A DNA stretch of 60,679 bases, counting the filler, from Candidatus Delongbacteria bacterium (GTDB taxonomy: Bacteria > UBA4055): NCBI GenBank assembly GCA_016937995.1. It is 4 parts of 4 records of this genome, joined end to end, with 100 filler letters (N's around TTAATTAATTAA, not from the genome) between each part and the next. Parts side by side here need not be neighbours in the genome. Positions count along the whole stretch, not along the records: positions 23,190 to 33,362 come from JAFGVM010000041.1; positions 33,463 to 42,138 come from JAFGVM010000042.1; 2 more parts are not named here. One strand, 5' to 3'. Position 1 is the first letter of the stretch, and each line of letters starts with the position of its first letter. Position numbers and translations under genes: made by a program. This document shows, piece after piece, positions 29,041 to 36,653 of this stretch. The notes under the pieces were generated by a model. It did no database searches and was not told the origin of the DNA. It was given only the letters and a program-made list of their open reading frames with translations.

Positions 29041-30366
29041 ATGAATGTACTACGTTTAACAATACTTCTAATGCTTCTTTATGCGGTCAGCGCTTTTTCA
29101 GATGATCCTGTTGAAATGAAAGGTAATAAGATCATAGTCAGAACTGAAGGTATCTGTTATCTGGATCCCGGTATTTCAATTGATAATGCAAAAATTATAG
29201 CAAAATATGATGCAATTAAAGAAGCTTTGATACAGGCTGGCCTGTTTCTTGAACACAATGATTCTCTTCTAACATTAAAGCTAAAGAAAGATAGGGTCAT
29301 GATGTATCTTGGAAATACTTTGCCTACGACGATCTACAGGGAAGGCGAAGAGCAGATAGACGGTTATCCTGCTTATCTTGTAAATCTTGTAATGGAAATT
29401 GATATTCATGAAATAGACAGACAGTTCATAAACATTACTATTGACAACAATTTAAGGAACCACGTTATAGTTGATTATGAAAGAATGCAAAAACTTTTTG
29501 AAGAAATTGATGCATTAAAACAGACCACAAAAAAACTGCCTCCGGATTTTATCCAGAAACTTACAGAGGCTTTAACTGCTTCAGAATGGTACAATAAAGG
29601 ATATCTCACAAAAGAAGAAGGTCTTAAGCTTGAGTATTTCTCGATAGCCATAGATCTCGATGCTCTTTATATTTCGGCATACCTTTCTATCGGTGATGTC
29701 TATATTAAACTCGGGCGATACACTGAAGCTTTAAAAATATTCAATAATTTAATCAACTTAAGTGCATTAAAATTTCCTGCAGCATATTCCAAGCGAGGAG
29801 ATATCTATCTTAACATTGGAGATTACAATAAGGCTAAAATTGAAATGGAAAAGGCTATCGCTTTAGATCCCGATTTCGCAGAAGCCTACAACAGTCTTGG
29901 AATTTTATATACTCAATTAAAACAGTTCGATAATGCATTGAACTGTTTTCAGCAAGCAATTGCAGTGGATCCGAACTACTACAAACCTTACTATCTGAGA
30001 GCGCGGTTATTCAGAAAAAGCACAAAATACGATAAAGCTCTGGCTGAGTATACCAAGGCAATTAAACTGAACCCAAGTAACCCGGATGCATATTGGAATA
30101 GAGGTATAATCTACTATTTAACAGGTGACTATGAAAGATCTATAGAAGAGTATTCTAAAGCCATCTACTTTAAAAATGATTGTGCCGACCTGTATTATAA
30201 CAGGGGAATTGCATATAGAAAAATTGAATTGTTCAAAAAGGCCATTGCTGATTATAAAATGTATTTAAAATTAACACTGACCTCTGATCCGGACAAAGAA
30301 AATATACCTGATATGGTATTACAATGGATGGACAGCGATCAGTTCGCACCAAAGTTCCTGGATTAA
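29041..30366 (+). CDS. Exported tetratricopeptide repeat protein
   Basis: Signal peptide; multiple AYxNRGxxY...A TPR motifs in C-half. Confidence 0.85.
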   Translation: MNVLRLTILLMLLYAVSAFSDDPVEMKGNKIIVRTEGICYLDPGISIDNAKIIAKYDAIKEALIQAGLFLEHNDSLLTLKLKKDRVMMYLGNTLPTTIYREGEEQIDGYPAYLVNLVMEIDIHEIDRQFINITIDNNLRNHVIVDYERMQKLFEEIDALKQTTKKLPPDFIQKLTEALTASEWYNKGYLTKEEGLKLEYFSIAIDLDALYISAYLSIGDVYIKLGRYTEALKIFNNLINLSALKFPAAYSKRGDIYLNIGDYNKAKIEMEKAIALDPDFAEAYNSLGILYTQLKQFDNALNCFQQAIAVDPNYYKPYYLRARLFRKSTKYDKALAEYTKAIKLNPSNPDAYWNRGIIYYLTGDYERSIEEYSKAIYFKNDCADLYYNRGIAYRKIELFKKAIADYKMYLKLTLTSDPDKENIPDMVLQWMDSDQFAPKFLD

Positions 30367-30394
30367 AAAAAAGCCCTTTCAAAGGGCTTTTTTT
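30365..30394. terminator. Bidirectional terminator
   Basis: A-run-GCCCTTT-c-AAAGGGC-T-run between convergent genes. Confidence 0.85.
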
Positions 30395-31850
30395 AATCGA
30401 ATACTATTTTTTTATGATCATCAAATTCGCTTTTACCGCACATCATCATACTTGTTAAAGGAGCAGTTTTGATCAATTCCTCCTTCATGTCCTCAGCTGT
30501 CTTTCTTATATCCCACTGAGCATGCTGGTCAAGTCTCAAGCTCATAAAGTGATATAACTCTCTAAAGTTCATCTTAACGAGTATCTTTCTTTTGTGCGCA
30601 TTGGTAAGTATATATTGTGCATGATCCGGCAAAGCCTGTTTTAGCTTATAATAAAACTTTTCAGTTCTTTCGATCACAGCATTAAAAATATCAGTTCTTT
30701 CGATCTTTTCAATATTCGGAGGTAAAGTAATTCCGAGATCTACGTTATAAGGATGAGTGATCATACTTGCTATTCTATGTCTCTTCAGCTGTGCATAGTT
30801 CGTCGAACTGATATTTATCTCAAATAACGCATCCGCAAATTCAAAATATCTGCTAACACTGTCATATGACATCCTGTAATTTAAAGCCGTTTTTATCAAA
30901 ACTTCTTTTTCTTGATAGCTCATTTCCTTTACGGATCTTTTGCAGTTCTCATAACTCATTCCGGTTTGTGATGATAAGATCACGGTCAAAATAACATTGT
31001 CAGTATCAGGAGTGATATTTAATAAAGTGACATCTCTATCACCCTGATTAATTTCAGGTGTAAAGCACTTTTTTATTGCAATATTCTGTAATTCAACAGG
31101 ATTTTTAATATCATAATCCGTTGGTTCAATATATTTTATTATCGAAGGAGAAAGGTCTTTAACAAGTTCATACAGTCTTTCGCCCAGTTCTCTTATCTCT
31201 ACCAGTTGAGATGATCCGAACTCTCTAAGCATATTCTCAAGACTTCTTGCATTTATACTCATTCCAAACTGGCTTTCTGTTGCCATTGAAACGACATAAC
31301 GGGCATCTTCTTTTGCCCAGCCGTCAACAGTTCTTTTTCCGTTCTTAGTTTTGATCACATCTGGATATATTTTAAAAAGATAATCCTGAAGTGCAAGGTA
31401 TAGTTCCTGATATACTTGATTCTGATATCTTACCACTTCATTGAATTCTGATTCAAAACCTGCTTCTTTTATCTCTTCCGGCAGAATGTAATCATCATCG
31501 AGAGTGATATATCTTTGTGATTTTTCAGTATATGAAGCAAACCTGAACTTCTGTACATATTCAACAGCAAGTCTTGAAAGACCGATAATATCAAAGTTAA
31601 AGTAAGCATGTTCAGCCACTGAACTGTGACCAAGTCCGAATATTATAGCCTGATTTGACTTACGGGATTTTTCAACCTCTTCCCTGGCTATTTTTCTTAA
31701 AACATCGATATCTCTGGGGTCTCTGCTGATCCTTGCATAAGCTGCACTCAATGTCTCCGGAGAAACATTGTCCTTTTCCCAGCCGGACTTTTTTTTCATT
31801 TCTTCTATTGTATCTGAATCTAAATTATAACCTGACAATATTACTTTCAT
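30393..31850 (-). CDS. thyX: FAD-dependent thymidylate synthase with two tandem ThyX domains
   Basis: Domain 1 GHSSVAEH..SRL..SYTEKSQRY..EDARY; domain 2 QLKRHR..NFRELYHFMSLR..HAQWDIR. Confidence 0.85.
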   Translation of the reverse strand: MKVILSGYNLDSDTIEEMKKKSGWEKDNVSPETLSAAYARISRDPRDIDVLRKIAREEVEKSRKSNQAIIFGLGHSSVAEHAYFNFDIIGLSRLAVEYVQKFRFASYTEKSQRYITLDDDYILPEEIKEAGFESEFNEVVRYQNQVYQELYLALQDYLFKIYPDVIKTKNGKRTVDGWAKEDARYVVSMATESQFGMSINARSLENMLREFGSSQLVEIRELGERLYELVKDLSPSIIKYIEPTDYDIKNPVELQNIAIKKCFTPEINQGDRDVTLLNITPDTDNVILTVILSSQTGMSYENCKRSVKEMSYQEKEVLIKTALNYRMSYDSVSRYFEFADALFEINISSTNYAQLKRHRIASMITHPYNVDLGITLPPNIEKIERTDIFNAVIERTEKFYYKLKQALPDHAQYILTNAHKRKILVKMNFRELYHFMSLRLDQHAQWDIRKTAEDMKEELIKTAPLTSMMMCGKSEFDDHKKIVFD

Positions 31851-31979
31851 TTATATTCCTTATTTTTTTCTTACACAAAGTTCACAAAGTCTCAAAGGGC
31901 TTTTCTTACGAGACGCTCGTATAGGTCGTCTCTTTTTTTACACCCTCTCTGTACCTTAGTGTTCTTTGTGGGAGAACCA

Positions 31980-33362
31980 TCATTTTTTTGCGTAGCTTCC
32001 CAGTTTTGGAGTTTTCTCGTCCTGTTTTTCAAGGAACCTTTTCATTCTATACGTAGTTATTATAAAGTCAGCTATAAAACTGAATACAGGATTCAGAATC
32101 AGTGACACTAACATCCCTACAGTTCCTGCTTCAGGTGATGTCCATATAACATCTGGCGGGCTGAAGATATTGGAGTAAAGGATTATAGTTACACCAAGAC
32201 CAATGAAAGAGGAAAAATACGCACCGTATTTATTACAGAAATCTGTGAATAACCCCCAAATGAAAGGGCCTAAGAATGCTGCTCCTATTGCTCCCCAGGA
32301 TACACCAAGGATCGCTACGATCGTATCAAGCTTCAACAATGCTAATGCTACTGATAATACTATAAAAAGAACACTTGCCAATCTCGTTAATAAAGTAAGG
32401 TTCTTATCCGATACTTTCTTGTTTATATAGCCAGCATAAAAATCTTTAGTAAGGGTCGAACTCGAGATCAATACTAATGCAGCCAATGTTGACATTGATG
32501 CTGAAAGTATCAGTACAAGTATTATTACAAAAAGATATTCTGGTATTATCTGAGTTAGAAGTTCAGGCATGATCATATCAAATATTGGTTTTCCGGCTTC
32601 ATTAAAAGATTGTGGTGAAGTCCCCGGAGTTACAAATAATCTGCCTGTTGACCCTACAAAATATGCGATTCCACCTATCAGTAAGGCAAAAACAGTGGAT
32701 GCTATCATACCAATTTTTATTGATCTTTTATCTTTAATTGCATAAAATTTCTGAACAAGTTGAGGCATTGCGAACGGTGCAACACTGGTAAGCATTATAA
32801 GTGAAAACAACGGCCATAGTCCCGGAGGACCAACTGTCGCTGTAAGTTTGGGGTCTATTGCAGATAATCTGTCAGCGATAGAAGTTAGTCCACCACCTCC
32901 GTTAATTGTAAATACTGCTAACATAATAACACCAAGTGTCATTATCATCCCGAAGAATGTGTCAATAACTGACATTGACTTATATCCTCCCATTACAAGA
33001 TAGATAGACGTAAAAAGTCCCATGCCGACAACTGCATGCCAATACTCTATTCCAGGTAGAGATATCTCAAACAGGTATGACAGCCCCTGAAAAACTGCAG
33101 CTGAATAAGGTATCAGGAAGACAAATATTACTAATGCTGCATAAAGTTTAAAATATTTTGCTTTGTACCTTATTTCAAAATATTCGCTCATAGTTGAGAT
33201 ATTATATCTGCTGGAAGTTTTTTTGATCTTCCATGCCATCAGCCACCAAACTCCCAGAACTCCGATAAATGCATTACATACACCTATCCACACTCCCGAG
33301 AAACCGAACCCCCAACCTATCTTACCTGCAAAACCAATGAAAACGACTGCAGAAAAATATGC
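31980..33362 (-). CDS. Sodium:solute symporter (SSS family), 5' truncated by contig end
   Basis: Frame open to the gap (YFSAVVFIGFAGKIGWGFG..); TMSEYFEIRY, MPQLVQKFYA, ILSASMST. Confidence 0.88.
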   Translation of the reverse strand, partial: AYFSAVVFIGFAGKIGWGFGFSGVWIGVCNAFIGVLGVWWLMAWKIKKTSSRYNISTMSEYFEIRYKAKYFKLYAALVIFVFLIPYSAAVFQGLSYLFEISLPGIEYWHAVVGMGLFTSIYLVMGGYKSMSVIDTFFGMIMTLGVIMLAVFTINGGGGLTSIADRLSAIDPKLTATVGPPGLWPLFSLIMLTSVAPFAMPQLVQKFYAIKDKRSIKIGMIASTVFALLIGGIAYFVGSTGRLFVTPGTSPQSFNEAGKPIFDMIMPELLTQIIPEYLFVIILVLILSASMSTLAALVLISSSTLTKDFYAGYINKKVSDKNLTLLTRLASVLFIVLSVALALLKLDTIVAILGVSWGAIGAAFLGPFIWGLFTDFCNKYGAYFSSFIGLGVTIILYSNIFSPPDVIWTSPEAGTVGMLVSLILNPVFSFIADFIITTYRMKRFLEKQDEKTPKLGSYAKK

Positions 33363-33462
33363 NNNNNNNNNNNNNNNNNNNNNNNNNNNNNNNNNNNNNN
33401 NNNNNNTTAATTAATTAANNNNNNNNNNNNNNNNNNNNNNNNNNNNNNNNNNNNNNNNNNNN
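33363..33462. other. Artificial contig-join spacer
   Basis: 100 nt of N with central TTAATTAATTAA. Confidence 0.97.
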
Positions 33463-33632
33463 AAAAGGCTGTCGATGAATGCGAGAGGTTCCGCAGAGCT
33501 TGCCAGCCGGGTTGAGAGAAGCACCGCACCTGTCAGTATAGAAAGCAAATAATAGAATATCAGAAGCTGACTTGGCGAAGTAAACCTTATCAGTTTTCCG
33601 AAGTTGAATATCTGCAGAAATTTATTGTTCAA
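33463..33632 (-). CDS. N-terminus of TrkH/KtrB potassium uptake protein (truncated by contig end)
   Basis: SPSQLLIFYYLLSILTGAVLLS..LAFIDSL matches the KtrB/TrkH first TM and FIDALF motif. Confidence 0.65.
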
Positions 33633-33709
33633 AAAGGCCCGCTTTTTTTTAAATTTAAATCAAACAGCTCTTAATATAATACAAAAATTCAGAAAATTCC
33701 AAACAGAGT

Positions 33710-34010
33710 TTAAGTTTCCTCAAATATTGTTTGAAAAATATATCCGTTGTAATCATCTTTGATATGCGATTCGAATACGGCTTTTAACTGCTCTTTAGTA
33801 TATTTATCCTGGAAAGTCACATAAGCTTCATCCAAAGCTTCAGCACAATGCCTGAACTTTCTGTGGTCATAAGGGTCAGGTGAGTTTTTCTGATCGGAGG
33901 AAATCTTCAAATCCGTCAAAATCAAAGAATCCGTCTATCCATTTATGGATATCCTCGGTTCTGATACCAACCAGCATCTCGGTCATGTCTGCGTGTTCTG
34001 ATGTTTTCAT
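33710..34010 (-). pseudogene. Frameshifted small His/Asp-rich protein (DUF6915-like)
   Basis: ATG 34010 gives MKTSEHADMTEMLVGIRTEDIHKWIDGFFDFDGFEDFLRSEKLT* (stop 33876); +1 frame continues DPYDHRKFRHCAEAL..ESHIKDDYNG. Confidence 0.55.
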
Positions 34011-34075
34011 GGTGTTTGTCGTTTATTTAATGCTAAATACAATATAATACTTATATATTCGTTTTACAAAACAAA

Positions 34076-34172
34076 AGGGGACGGTTTAAAACCGTCCCCT
34101 ACATTTTATTTTTTCTACGCAGAGTGAAGGCGTGAAAGCCTACCCCTACGGAAACCCTCATCTTTTCTCTGT
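34076..34172. repeat. Composite GTAG-REP module A
   Basis: AGGGGACGGTT..AACCGTCCCCTAC, linker, GAAGGCGTGAAAGCCTACCCCTAC, GAAACCCTCATCTTTTCTCTGT tail. Confidence 0.8.
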
Positions 34173-34366
34173 GCCCTCTGTGGTTAATATCTTTTTTCTT
34201 TTGCGGTATTAGACGCAAAGTGTTGCGTCTCTACGGAATCCTTGGAAATTGGGTATTCCGTGTTGGATATTCGATTTTTATTTTCTTGACAAAACAACTT
34301 CATATAACTAATTTAATAATGATATAATTTTCATCTGAACAACAATATTTCCCATGGAGGAGCTTT

Positions 34367-35848
34367 ATGAAACACATTATTTATTTTATTATGATCTCTT
34401 TGTCCATTTCTTTTTCTCAGGGCATGGAATGGAGTAATACGATATCACTTAGTACAGAAGAAAATGGTGTAAAGCAGATAGATACTGATGAAAATGGTAA
34501 CATTTATATTGCAGGATATTATGGTGCGCCAAATTATGCTAATTGGGATTATGGAACGTACGATTCGCTTATATCTTCTCCAGATATTAGGCTACTTAAA
34601 TTAAGCTCTAGCGGGGAGTTGATATTTGACCAGGATTACGGAAAATTATTTCATAATTTAGCAGGGATGACTAACAGTTACCAAGGCTTGAAACTGATCG
34701 GCAACACTGACTCTGGTTATAACCCCCTTGACTGGACATACTATTCCATTGCGACAGGGAATGAAGAAGGAACTCTCATTGACACTGTTGATTATATTCC
34801 ATACTATCAATATGGTGATAATTATCGGGCAAATTATGTTTTACCAACAACCGATGGCGGTTATATATATTCCTATTCATATTATGGGTTTGAATATTAT
34901 AATGGTGAAATTGTTAGAATATCTCCTATTGATAGCTTAAATAATTCATTCCCTCGCTATAATTACTTTCCCCCCGATTCATTATCAATCTATGGAATAA
35001 CAGATTTTTTTGCTCGAGATGTTAGCACCACTAATGATAATGGAGTAATTTTAACAGGATATTTCGGGGAATATCTGGGATATTATAGAAATTTCATTAT
35101 AAAATTAGATGATTCGTTTGATGTTGATTGGCAATTATTTTATCCTTACGAATGGAACCATGAACCTGATGAGACACCATATTCTTTTGGTTCTATTGAG
35201 TCAATTAATGATTCAAGTTTCATTACTACTTGCTGGATTGATATTAATCAAAATCAGGATGATGATGATGATGAAATATACCTTTTGATTATGAATAATA
35301 TTGGAGAATATTCATGGTCTTATGGGCCTTTTACTGAATCAATTAAAGTCGAAAAAATGTCTCATAAAGATTTCATTGTTAGAGGTTTAGATACAAATAC
35401 GATTTGGAAATTCCGATACAATGGAACTGGGATGGATCTATTATGGTCAGAAGTGTTTCCTGATTTGGATATTTTAAAAGTAGTGCCTGAAGGTTTTATT
35501 AATGCTACAATAATTAATGATGATCTTTATGTTTTTAAAGTTAAGGATGATACTTCAATTAATAATGAACAATTAACAATTAATAATTTTAGGCTCGAAC
35601 AGAATTATCCGAACCCGTTCAATCCGGTAACAACAATATCTTACTCAATTTCTGAAAAAGGATTGGTTAATTTAGTTATTTATAATACCAAAGGTGAAGT
35701 TGTATCTGAATTAGTTAATAAAGAGCAAAATATCGGTTATTACAATATTAATTTCGAAGGAAATGATCTAAATTCAGGTGTGTATTTTTATCAATTGAAA
35801 CTAAATAACAAACCTGTTGATACAAAACGGATGCTGTTGATAAAATAG
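34367..35848 (+). CDS. Secreted protein with T9SS type-A/FlgD-Ig C-terminal domain
   Basis: GGAGG SD; signal peptide; C-terminal LEQNYPNPFNPVTTISYSI..SGVYFYQL..KRMLLIK. Confidence 0.85.
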   Translation: MKHIIYFIMISLSISFSQGMEWSNTISLSTEENGVKQIDTDENGNIYIAGYYGAPNYANWDYGTYDSLISSPDIRLLKLSSSGELIFDQDYGKLFHNLAGMTNSYQGLKLIGNTDSGYNPLDWTYYSIATGNEEGTLIDTVDYIPYYQYGDNYRANYVLPTTDGGYIYSYSYYGFEYYNGEIVRISPIDSLNNSFPRYNYFPPDSLSIYGITDFFARDVSTTNDNGVILTGYFGEYLGYYRNFIIKLDDSFDVDWQLFYPYEWNHEPDETPYSFGSIESINDSSFITTCWIDINQNQDDDDDEIYLLIMNNIGEYSWSYGPFTESIKVEKMSHKDFIVRGLDTNTIWKFRYNGTGMDLLWSEVFPDLDILKVVPEGFINATIINDDLYVFKVKDDTSINNEQLTINNFRLEQNYPNPFNPVTTISYSISEKGLVNLVIYNTKGEVVSELVNKEQNIGYYNINFEGNDLNSGVYFYQLKLNNKPVDTKRMLLIK

Positions 35849-35955
35849 ATACTGAAATAAATTCAGGATGTCATATTAAAAAAGGGGACGATAAGAAATC
35901 GTCCCCTACGTTTTTATTTAATGCGTTCAGGGAAGGCGTGGAAGCCTTCCCCTAC
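35847..35955. repeat. CGTC-type palindrome plus composite GTAG-REP module B
   Basis: AGATACTGAAATAAATTCAGGATGTC (35847-35872; inverse of 40238-40263, 2 mismatches); AGGGGACGAT..ATCGTCCCCTAC (35883-35909); AGGGAAGGC..GCCTTCCCCTAC (35929-35955). Confidence 0.8.
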
Positions 35956-35976
35956 GAAAACCCATTATAATTTTTA

Positions 35977-36400
35977 TGATTAAATTTTACCAATCAGAGC
36001 TTCAAGTACGATTTGCACGCAATTCTTCGATCATTTTTGAAGGCATAGGTTCAGAAGCACTTCCTTTCCGAATAAAACATCCCTTTTCTGTCATACCTGA
36101 TTTTTTTATGAAGTACGGTTTCTCAGGTCCACCGGTTAAATCTATCTTGATCACAACTTTATCTTTTCGATTTTCAAATAAGACATCATATAAATCTAAA
36201 GCCGATGGAAGAATTCTGTTCTTTATTCTATCATTGATCTGAAGCTTAAGTCTATCTGCTTCTTTTATTCCGGTAACAGAACCATTATTCTCGATACCAA
36301 TATAAATAGTACCTCCTTCACGGTAGTTTAAGAACGCAACAACCTCTTTTTCAAATGTTGTTGACAGCTCTCTTTTATATTGGACCCTATTTGATTTCAT
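35977..36400 (-). pseudogene. Truncated Schlafen/AlbA_2 domain gene
   Basis: KSNRVQYKRELS..EKEVVAFLNYREGGTIYIGI..G..GI..KPYF..GCFIRKGSAS; conserved Glu positions appear as K/Q; stop at 36002 followed by disrupted coding-like sequence. Confidence 0.65.
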
Positions 36401-36470
36401 TGATTTTCTATTCCCCATTGGTTTTATACAATGTAACACTTTTATGTTCATTTTACTAAATAAAAAAAAT

Positions 36471-36566
36471 GGGACGAATAAAAATCGTCCCCTTACATTT
36501 CATTTTTCTTACGCAGAGGGAAGGCATGGGAACCTTCCCCTACAGAAACCCTCATATTTTCTCTGT
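36471..36566. repeat. Composite GTAG-REP module C
   Basis: GGGACGA..TCGTCCCCTTAC, linker, GAGGGAAGGCATGGGAACCTTCCCCTAC, GAAACCCTCATATTTTCTCTGT; collinear with module A. Confidence 0.8.
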
Positions 36567-36653
36567 ATTATCTTTGAAAAAATCTTTTAATCTTTGGTTC
36601 ATCGTAACTCTTGCGAACTCATAGTTTTTAGTTCATATCTTATAGTTGTTTTT

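Noticed and set aside
34212-34234. c-di-GMP-I riboswitch (GACGCAAAG)
   Set aside because: It is one arm of a CTAC-ended REP hairpin; the other riboswitch elements are absent
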